This document shows, piece by piece, positions 33,427 to 46,965 of a stretch of 64,000 bases of DNA. The stretch is from Candidatus Krumholzibacteriia bacterium (GTDB lineage Bacteria > Krumholzibacteriota > Krumholzibacteriia > Krumholzibacteriales > Krumholzibacteriaceae), in assembly GCA_963836185.1 (NCBI GenBank), contig CAWIIQ010000003.1, positions 96,001-160,000 on the forward strand, given 5' to 3'. Both the position numbers and the translations under genes were made by a program. Every line of letters begins with the position of its first letter. The first letter of the stretch is position 1. The notes under the pieces are model-generated. The model was given only the letters and a program-made list of their open reading frames with translations. It had not been told where the DNA came from and did no database searches.

Positions 33427-34631
33427 TTGATAGTCGAGAGCCTCCATCTCAATTCCTACCGTAATATCGAAGACGCCGCACTGGAGTTTTCCGAAAGGTT
33501 CAACTACATCACCGGCAGGAACGCCCAGGGAAAAACAAATCTTCTCGAGGCGATACACATCTTCTCTCTTGGAAGGTCGTTCAGGACCAGGCGGGCATCC
33601 GAGCTTATACGCTTCGGGAGCGAGCACTTCTTCCTCAGGCTGACCGGAAGAAGTGATTCCGGCGTCGGGTTTCGTCTCGAGATGGGGCAGGAGAGAAGCG
33701 GAAGGACGAAACTTTCTATCAACGGGAAGCAGGCGGGCGGAATCTCGGAGATCATCGGGTTCATGCCGAGCGTCATATTCACTCCCCGCGACGTAGAGCT
33801 TTCATCCGGGCCTCCGGCAGGCCGGAGGGTCTACCTCGATTACACGGCGGCCCAGGTATCGCCGGCCTTCTTTGCGGATCTCAAGGAATACAGGAAAGCG
33901 CTGAAACAGAGAAATTCCCTGCTGAGGGCGGCCGCGGCCGGCGGGACGATCGATGATACGCAGCTCGGGGTGTGGGATGAGGCGCTGGCGAAGAAGGGGG
34001 CGTCGGTAGTGAAGGGGAGGGTCGAGATGCTCGGGGTAATCAGCGAACGGGCCTCCTCGATATTTGCCGAGGTCCTCGGCCGCGATGACGGGCTCGAGCT
34101 TGCCTACCGGTGCTCGTACGGACAGGAAGCGGGTGGGGAGGAGAGCCTTATGGCCGCGCTGTCGGCGGCCCGCGAAAACGAGAAAAGAAGAGGATACACA
34201 CTGGCGGGGCCGCACTATGATGATGTGACGATGAAGATAGACGGGGAGGAGGTGCGCCGGTACGCCTCGCAGGGACGTAAACGCCTGCTCGCCGTGGTGC
34301 TGAAGCTGGCGCAGGCCGACGTGATCATGTCCCGCAGGGGAGAGAGACCGGTAGTCCTGCTCGACGACATCTTCTCGGAACTCGACCCTGGCGTCGTCGC
34401 GGGAGTGAGAAAAATGCTTTCCGACAGGTACCAGAGCTTCATAACATCGCCCCGCGGAGAGGACTTTCCGGGCGACATCTCGGGTGCTTCGAGGTACGAG
34501 GTCGAGAACGGCATTTTCAGGGCCTCCAGGGGGTCTCTCGGAAGCCTCCTGAAAGGGCCATATTTTCCTTTATTTTCAAACGGTTTCACCGTAATATACG
34601 GGGAGCGAAAGAACGTCTGGAGACGCGGGAT

Positions 34632-34635
<4 letters not shown>
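33427..34635 (+). CDS. recF: DNA replication/repair protein RecF
   Basis: YRN, GRNAQGKTNLLEAI, SFR, GPHYDD, SQG, LLDDIFSELD. Confidence 0.95.
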
Positions 34636-36862
<2,227 letters not shown>

Positions 36863-36929
36863 AAAGTAATAATACATGGGCGCTCCCGGGAGGAGCGCAT
36901 TCACCGGGCGGTGAAGGAGGAACTGACGG

Positions 36930-39557
36930 ATGGATATCAGCAGGCAGCGGGTCATACCTGTTTACATCGAAGACGAGATGAAGGGCTCATACCTCGACTA
37001 CGCAATGAGCGTCATCGTCTCACGCGCACTGCCTGACGTGAGGGACGGGCTCAAGCCCGTTCACAGGCGCATTCTGCTCGCGATGAACGACCTGAACCTC
37101 GCGCACAACAGGCCGTACAGGAAGTCGGCGAAGCTCACCGGAGACGTGACGGGTAACTACCACCCTCACGGAACGACTGCTGTCTACGACGCCACGGTGA
37201 GGCTCGCGCAGGACTTCACGCTGCGGTACCCGATCGTCGACGGACAGGGAAACTTCGGCTCGATCGACGGCGACCCCGCCGCGGCGGAGAGGTACACCGA
37301 GGTGCGCATGACCCGGCTTGCCGAGGATATCCTTGCCGACCTCGACAAGGAAACGGTCGAGCTCGGGCTGAACTACGACGAGACACGGGAGATGGCGCTC
37401 GTTCTTCCGTCGAAGGTGCCCAACCTCCTGCTCAACGGAGCGTCCGGCATCGCGGTCGGAATGGCGACAAACATCCCGCCCCATAACAGCACCGAGATCA
37501 TCAACGGGCTGAAGGCCCTGCTCGAGAACCCCGAGCTGTCGGTCACAGAGCTGAGCAAGTTCGTGACCGGCCCCGATTTTCCGACAGGCGGGATCATCTA
37601 CGGACGGGCCGGGATCAAGGAAGCATACGAGACGGGCAGGGGAAGGATAACGGTAAGGGCCCGCGCCAATATCGAGACGCAGAAATCGGGCAAGGCGAGT
37701 ATCGTCATCACCGAGATACCGTTCCAGACTAACAAGGCGGCGATCATAACGAAGATAGCCGAACTGGTGCGTGGCGGAAAACTCGGCGGCATTTCCGATA
37801 TCCGCGACGAGTCGGACAAGGACGGGCTGCGAATAGTCATCGACCTGAAGAGGGACTCATACCCGAAGGTCGTGATGAACCAGCTCTTCAAACATACACA
37901 GCTCCAGGGAACATTCGGCGTGATCATGCTTTCGCTCAACAAGATGCGCCCCGAGGTGATGAACCTCAAGAAGACTATGCAGCTTTTCCTCGAGCACCGA
38001 GAGGATGTAGTCAGGCGCCGCACCGAGTATGACCTGAGAAAAGCCGAGGAGAGGGCGCATATACTCGAGGGATACAAGATAGCGCTCGACAACATCGACG
38101 CGATAATCAAACTGATCAAGAAGAGCGCGTCGCCAGAAGAGGCGCGAAACGGACTGATAAAGAATTTCAGCCTCTCCGAGATCCAGGCGCAGGCGATCCT
38201 CGACATGAAACTGCAGAGGCTCACCGGCCTCGAGCGCAAGAAGATCGAGGACGAGTACCTCGCGCTGATCCAGAAGATAGAGTACTTCCGCTCTATCCTC
38301 GAGAACAGGACGAGGCTGCTCGGTGTGATAGAGGAGGAACTCGACGAGGTCGGGGATAAGTACGGCGATGAAAGGCGGACAGAGATAGTCGACGCCGAGG
38401 GGGAACTCGAACTCGAGGACCTTATCGCCGAAGAGGATATGATCATAACGATCACCCACACGGGATATATTAAAAGGATCCCCATCGGCACGTACCGAAG
38501 GCAGAGAAGAGGCGGCAAGGGGATCACCGGGCTCGGGATGAAGGACGAGGATTTCGTGGCGAACATGTTCATCGCTTCGACGCACAGCTACATCCTCTTC
38601 TTCACCGACAAGGGAAAATGCTACAGGGTCAAGGTCCACGAGGTGCCCCAGGGCGGAAGGCTGGCAAAGGGCAAGGCGATGGTCAACCTCCTCGAGATAG
38701 GCAGGGATGAGACGATCGCGGCGTATATACCGGTCCCCGACTTCAGCACGGACTGCTACCTTACGATGACGACGAGGAAGGGCCTGATCAAGAAGACCCA
38801 CCTCTCGAAATACTCGAACATACATCGCGGCGGCATCATTGCCATAAAGCTCCGCGAGGACGACGGGTTGATCACGGCCAAGCTGACATCGGGGACCGAC
38901 GACATCATCCTCGCCAAGAGGGACGGCAAGGCGATCCGCTTCAACGAGAAGGAAGTCCGGTCGATGGGCAGGAACTCGGCGGGAGTCAAGGGCGTCACCT
39001 GCAAGGGGGACGACGAGGTCGTCGAGATGGTCATCGTCAAGCGCGAATCGGCGATACTTGCCGTCACGGAAAACGGCTTCGGCAAGCGCACGAGGATAAG
39101 TGATTTCAGAAACAAGCATCGCGGCGGTCAGGGAGTCGCGCTGATTCCGGCCTCGGGCAGGAACGGCCCCGTCGTGGCGGCGCGAGAAGTAATAGAGACC
39201 GATGAGGTCATGATGATAACGCGCAACGGGATGATAATAAGGTGCCCGGTTCGCGGCATCTCGGTAATCGGCCGCCAGGCCCAGGGCGTAAAGGTGATTA
39301 ATCTCAACAAGGGCGATTCCCTTGTTGACGTAGCCCTGCTTGCCGGCGAGAAGGACGATAAAGGCGTGGAAGGCGAAAGGGCGGACACGGAAGACGTCCT
39401 GTTGGATTCCGAGATCCAGGAGATCGCAGAAGAAATGGCGGAGGATGCGGCGTATGAAGCGGCGGAAGAAATCCGGGAGGCTGAGCTCGAGAAGAAAAAG
39501 AAGCCAGGGCCGCCAAAGAAACCCGCTGCAGGGAAGAAGGGAAAGGGCAAAAAGTAA
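36930..39557 (+). CDS. gyrA: DNA gyrase subunit A
   Basis: DGLKPVHRR, YHPHG, AAERYTE, GyrA-box QRRGGKG. Confidence 0.98.
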   Translation: MDISRQRVIPVYIEDEMKGSYLDYAMSVIVSRALPDVRDGLKPVHRRILLAMNDLNLAHNRPYRKSAKLTGDVTGNYHPHGTTAVYDATVRLAQDFTLRYPIVDGQGNFGSIDGDPAAAERYTEVRMTRLAEDILADLDKETVELGLNYDETREMALVLPSKVPNLLLNGASGIAVGMATNIPPHNSTEIINGLKALLENPELSVTELSKFVTGPDFPTGGIIYGRAGIKEAYETGRGRITVRARANIETQKSGKASIVITEIPFQTNKAAIITKIAELVRGGKLGGISDIRDESDKDGLRIVIDLKRDSYPKVVMNQLFKHTQLQGTFGVIMLSLNKMRPEVMNLKKTMQLFLEHREDVVRRRTEYDLRKAEERAHILEGYKIALDNIDAIIKLIKKSASPEEARNGLIKNFSLSEIQAQAILDMKLQRLTGLERKKIEDEYLALIQKIEYFRSILENRTRLLGVIEEELDEVGDKYGDERRTEIVDAEGELELEDLIAEEDMIITITHTGYIKRIPIGTYRRQRRGGKGITGLGMKDEDFVANMFIASTHSYILFFTDKGKCYRVKVHEVPQGGRLAKGKAMVNLLEIGRDETIAAYIPVPDFSTDCYLTMTTRKGLIKKTHLSKYSNIHRGGIIAIKLREDDGLITAKLTSGTDDIILAKRDGKAIRFNEKEVRSMGRNSAGVKGVTCKGDDEVVEMVIVKRESAILAVTENGFGKRTRISDFRNKHRGGQGVALIPASGRNGPVVAAREVIETDEVMMITRNGMIIRCPVRGISVIGRQAQGVKVINLNKGDSLVDVALLAGEKDDKGVEGERADTEDVLLDSEIQEIAEEMAEDAAYEAAEEIREAELEKKKKPGPPKKPAAGKKGKGKK

Positions 39558-41390
39558 TGAGTCCCCGAAGACTCACAACAGTCGCGGTGATCCTTGCCGC
39601 GCTCGCGGCGCTTGCGCCGGCACGCGCCTCGGAGCCGGGAGACGAGGCTCTCTCGGTCACCGGATCGGGCCGGATCGCTCTCTCCCTCGATGGCCGCGGA
39701 TATCTTCATGAGACAGATTCGGGCAGCCTCAGGCTCGGCCTCAGGTGGCCCGGAGCCGGGGGGACCGAGTTCCTCGGAGGCGGCGGACTCCTGATGAGAT
39801 TCGGCACGGGCGAAAAGAGCGGGACGATCCTGCTCGGGCCGGGCGATTTCGAAACGGCGCTACCGGGAGCCGGCGTTGCCGGGGCGGCCGAAGGATGCCG
39901 GGGCGGAAAGCGATACCCCGAGGGCGGATGCGACGATGACGGCGATGGAGCGGTCGACGAGGATCCTCTCGACGGGCGCGACAATGACGGCGACGGGGAG
40001 ACGGACGAGGATTTTGCCGCCGTGGGCGACGGAATGTATGTCACCAGCTCGATTGCCCGGCCGTACGGGATCAGGGTGACACGCGAGCACCACGTATGGA
40101 ACTACGGACACGTCAGGGATTTCATCGGATTTTCCACGACGATAGAATATCTGCCTCCCGAAGGCGTCGATGAACCTCTCCGTGATATGGAACTGATCCA
40201 TTACATCGATTTCAATATCGGGTCCAGGGATGATGCGGCACGCGGGCGGGATGACAGGGCCTTTTTCCTGCAGAGGGCCCATGTTGAAGACGAGGTGACG
40301 GAACACCCCGTAGCGGTCGTCTCCGGCGCTGACGCAGCCGGGCCGCTGGCGGCCGTGATCTTCTTTGACGCGGCCGGGCCGTCCGCTCCTCTGGCCGCAG
40401 GAGCAAAGTTCCGCATGAGGCAGAGACATGTAGATTCCCTGTGGAGCGGGGAAGACGAGGCGCGCGCCGTGCTGGGGGGTGAGCCGGAGATCCTCGATTT
40501 CGACGGCTCGGAAGAGGTGCGGGGCAGAGACGGGCGGACAGCCATCATGTCAGCAGCTGCGAAGGGCGATATCGTACTGGTACATATGTTCAGCCGGGTG
40601 GGGGATATCTACCCCGGAGAAAAGATCGAGATCGAGTGGGCCATAGTCTTCGGGAAGGACCGCGAAGCCTTGACGAGGAACATCTCGAGGGCCAGAGAGA
40701 CCTGGGAAGGGCTTGTCGTGACCGGTGATGAAAAGCTCAGGTGGGTCGTCCCTGCCCGAAGGGCGGTCCGGATCGAGGCAAAGGCGGCCCTGGCGCCTGT
40801 CTGGGTGCAGGGAGAGAAGCGCCCCGCTGTTTCAATCGATCCTTCCTTCCGTCGAGGGCGAGGAGATCGAATGGCTCAAGGTGGCGGGAAAGCAGACGGA
40901 TGATTTTGAGACAGTCGCCGGCAGAGTGGTGATCGCCCTCGAAGGGGCGGAGGCCCTGGCGCCGTTCGCGATAGAGGGACAGCTGACCGATGGAACGATA
41001 TTCACCTCATATATCGGAGAAGAAGAGCTGGAACGCTATGCCGGAGAGGACGACCTTCAGCCTGGAAGGCTTCCCGACGACAGCATCAGGCTCTTCCCCA
41101 ATCCTTTTGTCCAGGACCTTACGATCGATATCCTGGTCCACGAGCCGTTAAGGAATGTCAAGGGCATGTCTGCCGAACAGCAGACCGGGATAAGCTCGGT
41201 CAGGGTATACGATGTGAAGGGGCGGCTGGTCAGGACCGTCCTCACCGACAAGGTCCTCCATCCCGGCGAGCATACAGCCGGGTGGGACGGAACCGACGAG
41301 GCCGGCATGAAGGTAGCGGCCGGCGTCTACTATTGCAGGCTTCAGATCGGCGAGAGATCGCTAACCAGGAGAGTGATCCTCCTCAGATAA
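39557..41390 (+). CDS. Secreted protein with acidic DxDGDG repeats and FlgD/T9SS-type CTD (frame break near 40840)
   Basis: Signal peptide; DDDGDGAVDED/DNDGDGETDED; C-terminal FPNPF...VYDVKGRLVRT...WDG...GVYYCRL. Confidence 0.7.
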
Positions 41391-41391
41391 C

Positions 41392-42693
41392 ATGTCCCTA
41401 TACACTCCTCCCCCAAAAAACCCTGATGAATCAGCCTTTCTTGTCGGTGTCAAGCTGCCCGGCTCGACCCTGGAGAACGAGCAGGAGAATGTAGCCGAGC
41501 TCAAGCTCCTTGCTACCACAGCCGGTGCAACCGTCACCGGCACTATTATTCAGCAGCGGACCCGTCTCGACGGAGCGACATATATAGGGAAGGGAAAGCT
41601 CGAAGAACTCGCCGCAGTTGTCGAAGAAAAAAAAATCAATCTCGTGATATTCGATGATGACCTCTCGCCGGCACAGGCGCGCAACATCGAGAAGATGGTC
41701 GGGGTCAATGTGATCGACAGGACTGAGCTCATCCTCGACATCTTCTCCAAGAGAGCGAGGACAAAGCAGGCGCGGATCCAGGTCGAGATCGCCCAGCTCA
41801 CATACGCCATGCCGAGGCTGAAAAGGCTGTGGGACCATCTCTCGAGACAGGCCGGCGGCATAGGCACCAAGGGGCCGGGCGAAACGCAGCTCGAAGTAGA
41901 CCGGAGGAAGATCCGCGAGAGAGTCGCAGCGCTCAAGCGCGAGCTCGTCAAGATAGAGAGCCGGACGAAGGAAAGGCGCAAAAACAGGGAGGACCTGTTC
42001 AACGTCACCGTCGTCGGCTACACGAACGCCGGCAAATCAACTCTCCTGAACAGGCTCTCGGGGAGCGATGTTCTCGAGAGCGACCGGCTTTTCTCGACTC
42101 TTGATTCAACGACAAGACGAGTCGAGATTCCGGATGGACCGGCGTTCCTCATGACCGATACGGTAGGGTTCATAAGGAAACTGCCCGCTCATCTCGTCTC
42201 GAGTTTTCACGCCACCCTTCTGGACGTGGAAGAGGCCGACCTGCTTCTTCACCTGGTCGATTCCTCGTCGCCGGCCTTCAGAGAGAAGATATCTATCGTC
42301 AACGACGTTCTGCACAAGGTACTCGGAGACCGCACGCCAAGTGGAGGAGACGGATCGATCCCGACTATCCTGGTTTTCAACAAGGCCGACCTGACAGGCG
42401 ATGAGGCCCTGTCTCTTCTCGAGCAGAGATATCCCGGTGCCGTCCGGATAAGTGCGGCGACCGGAGAGGGTACGGACAGGCTCTTCGAGGCGATCGGCGA
42501 ACAGATCGACCGGGGGACTGATCTCGCCCGCGTGGCCGTTCCAGCCGCGGACGGCAGGACGATCGCGTTTGTCGAGGAAGCCGGACAGGTCATCGAAAGG
42601 GATATCGACGGCGAGAAAGTGATCTATACAGTAAGGCTGAAAAGAAGAGATATCGGCAGGCTGGAAAGGTCCGCCGAAGTAACGATACTCTAG
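41392..42693 (+). CDS. hflX: GTPase HflX
   Basis: IGKGK, LILDIF, GPGETQLE, GYTNAGKSTL, DTVGFI, NKAD. Confidence 0.96.
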   Translation: MSLYTPPPKNPDESAFLVGVKLPGSTLENEQENVAELKLLATTAGATVTGTIIQQRTRLDGATYIGKGKLEELAAVVEEKKINLVIFDDDLSPAQARNIEKMVGVNVIDRTELILDIFSKRARTKQARIQVEIAQLTYAMPRLKRLWDHLSRQAGGIGTKGPGETQLEVDRRKIRERVAALKRELVKIESRTKERRKNREDLFNVTVVGYTNAGKSTLLNRLSGSDVLESDRLFSTLDSTTRRVEIPDGPAFLMTDTVGFIRKLPAHLVSSFHATLLDVEEADLLLHLVDSSSPAFREKISIVNDVLHKVLGDRTPSGGDGSIPTILVFNKADLTGDEALSLLEQRYPGAVRISAATGEGTDRLFEAIGEQIDRGTDLARVAVPAADGRTIAFVEEAGQVIERDIDGEKVIYTVRLKRRDIGRLERSAEVTIL

Positions 42694-42695
42694 GG

Positions 42696-43985
42696 TCAGG
42701 GTTTCTCTCGCATCCTCAGCTCGCCGTTCTCCATGTATACATCGTCATACCAATCCGCGAGGCGCAGCCTGTACTCCTTCATTATGGGGCTGGCCGCCTT
42801 TACGCGGTAACTTCCGTCGAGCTGAAGCACGATAAACCTCGAAAGCAAGATGAACGCGAGGGGGACCACCATCGGCACGAGCCTCCTCCACCTGTTCTCC
42901 GATATGAGACGGGAACAGTAGACGGCGCCCGCGGCAATGACCGAGACAAATCCGACAGAGACGAGATAGAGGTGCCGGATGTTCAGCCAGTCGCCGGGGA
43001 ACTGGAAGAAGGCGAACGGAAGCACCATGATATAGGTCCACGCGATGAAGAACCTGATAGTCCTGTTACCGAAGATGAATCCGAAGAAGGAGTATGAAAG
43101 GACGGTCAGGGCGATGAGTATCCGGATCTGCGTGGCGAATCTATAGAAGAATCTCACCGCCGGCCCCGCGCCCGTCACGAGATGGGAAGTGTGAACGGGG
43201 AAGATCATCCTGACAAGATAGTTGATCACGTTTTTGGCGGCAAAATAGATGAACTTGAAGGCGCCGGGATACTGGTCGTACAGGGGAGGAGCATAGTGGA
43301 AAAGAGTCGCCTTTGCCACCAGCGAGGCGATTGACATGAGGAAAAGGATCATGAACCCCGCATCTGCCACCTTCCTCTTTCTCTCCGCCCGGAAGAAGAA
43401 ATTGAAGGCGAGAAATGCTCCGAGAATGGAGAAACTCGTACTCCGGGTGAGCATCGACGCGACGAAGAATATCAAGGTCAGCAGATACCAGAGAGAAAGG
43501 ATCTTCCCTTTGTGGCAAAGCTCGTTGTGAAAATAACAGATCATGGTGCAGAGCGTGAGGAATGTGATGACGAGGTCCTCCAGCCCGGAGGCTATCATCA
43601 CCGACTTGCCGTAGCTTCCCACGGTGAAGACGAACAGCAGGCCGGCCAGGACGGCGACGGCCCTGTCGCGGATCAGGGTGTTGACGAGGATGTAGACGAG
43701 GAACGAGTTGAGCCCGTGCAGCAGTATGTTGAAGAAAAAATACCCCGAGGCGTTGAAGAAGAAATGTTTGAAAAGAAGATAATGGATGCTGTAAACAAGA
43801 GGCTGAAACTTGAACGGCGGGCTGCTGTCGAATGCGGCGCCCGGATCGGAATACATCCTGATGCTGTTCTCGAGACCGACGTAGTCATAGCCGTTCCAGA
43901 ACCCGTTGTCGAGACAGAGCCTGAAGAAGAGTAAGCTCAGGACAAGAAAGGCTATGAGAACAAGAAGGTGCTTGAGATACTTCAA
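42696..43985 (-). CDS. Polytopic membrane protein, probable GT-C fold glycosyltransferase
   Basis: Many TM segments; F.PL...NILLH.LN..LVY and RHLYL motifs resembling PMT/TMTC-like GT-C proteins. Confidence 0.55.
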   Translation of the reverse strand: MKYLKHLLVLIAFLVLSLLFFRLCLDNGFWNGYDYVGLENSIRMYSDPGAAFDSSPPFKFQPLVYSIHYLLFKHFFFNASGYFFFNILLHGLNSFLVYILVNTLIRDRAVAVLAGLLFVFTVGSYGKSVMIASGLEDLVITFLTLCTMICYFHNELCHKGKILSLWYLLTLIFFVASMLTRSTSFSILGAFLAFNFFFRAERKRKVADAGFMILFLMSIASLVAKATLFHYAPPLYDQYPGAFKFIYFAAKNVINYLVRMIFPVHTSHLVTGAGPAVRFFYRFATQIRILIALTVLSYSFFGFIFGNRTIRFFIAWTYIMVLPFAFFQFPGDWLNIRHLYLVSVGFVSVIAAGAVYCSRLISENRWRRLVPMVVPLAFILLSRFIVLQLDGSYRVKAASPIMKEYRLRLADWYDDVYMENGELRMREKP

Positions 43986-44067
43986 AAAACCCCTCCTGAA
44001 GGATGGCGGAATGCACAGACGGTATTATAGCATGCCTTTATGTGTAGAGGAAAACCATAAATGATAA

Positions 44068-45504
44068 ATGACAGAGGTGAAAAAAATGACTGATAGACTC
44101 TGCCTGGCGGCTGGCGAATGGATGGACAGGGGCGAGAAGTTCGAGATCCTGTCCCCTCATGATGGAAGCGTGGTCGGAGAGGCGCTGCGGCCCTCTTCGG
44201 ACGTGATCGAAATGGCCGTAGCGGGGGCGAGTGCTGCCTTTCCCGTAATGAAGGGGCTGGCGACCGGGGAGAGGGCGGGGATACTGGAGCGGGCCGCGGC
44301 GCTCCTGCGCGAACGCGGGGGTGAGCTGGCGAGGCTGATAGCGCTCGAGTCCGGGAAGCCATGGAGATATGCGGCCGGCGAAGCGGCCCGCGCAGTCCAT
44401 ACCTTCACGGAGGCGGCTCAGGAGTGCAGCAGGCTCTACGGGGAGACCATACCCCTCGATACATCTACCCCCGGCACTGGGCGGATCGGGATCACAGGCT
44501 GGTTCCCCGTCGGCCCAGTTCTCGCAATAACGCCTTATAATTTTCCCCTCAACCTTGTCGCACACAAGCTGGCGCCTGCGATCGCCGCGGGGTGCTCTGT
44601 GATCCTCAAGCCGTCGAGCGAGACTCCTCTTACGGCGCTGCTTCTCGCCGGGATCCTCATCGAAGCTGGGCTGCCGCCCGGGGCGCTGAGCGTCCTGCCG
44701 GTGAGCGGGGCCGAGGCGGGCCTGCTCGCCGTGAGGCCGGAGATCAAGAAGGTGACCTTTACGGGGAGCGCGGTGGTCGGCTGGGAGCTCAGGCGCAGGG
44801 CTCACATGAAAAAAGTCACCCTCGAGCTCGGCGGAAACGCGGCGGTCGTGCTGCACGAGGACTGGGATGATATCGCCGGGGCGGCGGCGAGGATCGCAGT
44901 CGGAGGTTACGCCTATTCGGGGCAGGTCTGCATCTCGGTACAGAGGATATTTGTCCACAACAGCATATATGCCCGGTTCATGGAGGAGTTTGTCCGTGAG
45001 GTCTCCGCGATCAGGCGGGGCGATCCTCTCGACGAGTCGACCGGCATCGGTCCGATGATAACCGTGGCCGAGGCCCGCAGGGTCGGGGAGTGGGTGGACG
45101 AGGCGGTCTCCGAAGGGGCGGCAGTCGTTGCCGGAGGGCCGAGAGACGGGTCGTTCTATCCGCCGACGATCCTAGAGAACACCCGGCACGGGATGAAGGT
45201 CGTCGATGACGAGGTCTTCGGCCCCGTCACCTCGGTCTTCGGGTATGACGACTTCGATGATGCCCTGCGCGAGGTAAACGATTCGAGATTCGGGCTCCAG
45301 GCGGGCGTATTCACGAAGGATATCGGGCTGATCAGGCGCGCCTTCGAAACGCTCGAAGTCGGCGGGGTCATCGCGGGGGACTTTCCCACCTTCAGGGTCG
45401 ACCGGATGCCCTATGGCGGAGTGAAAGAATCGGGCTCGGGACGAGAGGGGCTTCGCTGGGCTATCCGCGAGATGTGTGAGACGCGCCTTCTGGTGCTGGC
45501 ATGA
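44068..45504 (+). CDS. NAD(P)-dependent aldehyde dehydrogenase
   Basis: ITPYNFP, LKPS, FTGS, LELGGN, GQVC, EVFGP, PYGGVKESG. Confidence 0.95.
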   Translation: MTEVKKMTDRLCLAAGEWMDRGEKFEILSPHDGSVVGEALRPSSDVIEMAVAGASAAFPVMKGLATGERAGILERAAALLRERGGELARLIALESGKPWRYAAGEAARAVHTFTEAAQECSRLYGETIPLDTSTPGTGRIGITGWFPVGPVLAITPYNFPLNLVAHKLAPAIAAGCSVILKPSSETPLTALLLAGILIEAGLPPGALSVLPVSGAEAGLLAVRPEIKKVTFTGSAVVGWELRRRAHMKKVTLELGGNAAVVLHEDWDDIAGAAARIAVGGYAYSGQVCISVQRIFVHNSIYARFMEEFVREVSAIRRGDPLDESTGIGPMITVAEARRVGEWVDEAVSEGAAVVAGGPRDGSFYPPTILENTRHGMKVVDDEVFGPVTSVFGYDDFDDALREVNDSRFGLQAGVFTKDIGLIRRAFETLEVGGVIAGDFPTFRVDRMPYGGVKESGSGREGLRWAIREMCETRLLVLA

Positions 45505-45530
45505 AAAAGGGCCGGCGTGTCAGCCGGCCC
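45504..45530 (-). terminator. Intrinsic terminator for the M20 gene
   Basis: GGGCCGGC-6nt-GCCGGCCC followed by T5 on the minus strand. Confidence 0.7.
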
Positions 45531-45558
45531 CTGAATCATCGACTCGAAACAGGTCCTG

Positions 45559-46785
45559 TCATCCCTGCATGAAGAGATTGGCGAAGACCTTCGTGTCTCC
45601 GACCATGTTCTCGATCGTCGTGTACTCGTTCGGCTGGTGGCAGGTGTCCTCGATTTTCGACCAGACGACAGCCGGAAGCCCGGCGCGCCTGAAGAAAGCC
45701 GCCACGGTTCCGCCGCCTATTCCCATCGGCTTCGCTTCGATCCCGTAGACATCCTTTATCGCCGCCGCGAGTGCCAGGACTACTTTCGCGTCCGCGGGGG
45801 TCGCCGGGGCGGCCTCCTCCTTCTGGGCCGCGGAGAGGCTGATCGTCACGTCGAACTCCTTCTCGACACCGTCGCAGATCTTCCTGATCTCCCCTTCGAC
45901 CTCGGCGAGGTCGATGCCGGGCAGCACCCTCATGTCGAGATAGAAGACGTCGTCGCCCGGGATAGTGTTGACGTTGGGGACATTAGCTTCCTTTTTCGTA
46001 GCCTGGAACGTGCTGATCGGCGGATCGAAGACCTCGTCGACTTTCGGGAATATCTCGTGCAGCTTGTAGAGCCTCGTGATGAGATGGGCGCCCGCGTAGT
46101 GGGCATTGACGCCTGCCGCCGGCGTCGAGGCGTGGCACTGCTTGCCGGCCGTCTCGACCTTTAGCCAGAAGATCGACTTCTCGGCGACCTCGATCATTCC
46201 GCCGTCCGGTTCGCCGGCATCGGGGACGATGATGTAGTCGTTCTTGCCGAAGAGGTCGCTATTCTCGAGGAGGTAGCCGATTCCATGCTCGCTTCCGGTC
46301 TCCTCGGCAGAGACTACGACCACGCCGACGTCATATGGGAGGGTCCCACCGAGCTCCTTGATCGCCTTGAGGGCGAACAGCGGGGTGACGATCCCGTGCT
46401 GATCGTCCTCCGTGCCGCGGCCGTAGAGCTTGCCGTCCTTCTCGACGACCTCCCAGGGATTGGTGTCCCACTTCTCGAGGTCGCCTGGAGGGACGACGTC
46501 TATATGGCCCATGACCCAGACTTTTCTCTCGCTCGAGACGCCCTTCATGACGGCGACGATGTTCGGCCTGATGCCGGCCGGCACCCTGTCGTCGGGGGCG
46601 TCGTAATGCTCGACAGAGTCGAAGCCGATCTCGTCGGCCATCCATTTTTCGAGGAAATCGGCCTTTTCCTTCTCCCCGACCCCGTCGTTTTCGGGACCGA
46701 GGGCGGGAATCGCGGTAAGCTTTGACTGGAGGTCGACCATCCCGGCCTTATAGCCGTCGATCTTTTCGTAGATATCCTTGAGCAT
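45559..46785 (-). CDS. M20 family metallohydrolase (ArgE/DapE-like)
   Basis: GHIDVVP, YGRGTEDD, AEETG, HQPNE. Confidence 0.92.
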   Translation of the reverse strand: MLKDIYEKIDGYKAGMVDLQSKLTAIPALGPENDGVGEKEKADFLEKWMADEIGFDSVEHYDAPDDRVPAGIRPNIVAVMKGVSSERKVWVMGHIDVVPPGDLEKWDTNPWEVVEKDGKLYGRGTEDDQHGIVTPLFALKAIKELGGTLPYDVGVVVVSAEETGSEHGIGYLLENSDLFGKNDYIIVPDAGEPDGGMIEVAEKSIFWLKVETAGKQCHASTPAAGVNAHYAGAHLITRLYKLHEIFPKVDEVFDPPISTFQATKKEANVPNVNTIPGDDVFYLDMRVLPGIDLAEVEGEIRKICDGVEKEFDVTISLSAAQKEEAAPATPADAKVVLALAAAIKDVYGIEAKPMGIGGGTVAAFFRRAGLPAVVWSKIEDTCHQPNEYTTIENMVGDTKVFANLFMQG

Positions 46786-46965
46786 GCCTTGTTCCTTTCG
46801 ATTTCTGGTGGTATTACGGACCGGTCCACGCTATCACCCGTCGCGCGTACCGTCAAGACGAAAGGGGCCCGAAGGACACTCCTGCTTGATTGAAGCCCGT
46901 TTTTCTGAGATAATCGCCCGGCCGTCAGTGTATATTACGTTGTCTTTTAATCGAGGAGGAATGGC

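Noticed and set aside
36880-36898. Hairpin between gyrB and gyrA as a terminator
   Set aside because: 7-bp stem with no U-tract inside a probable operon
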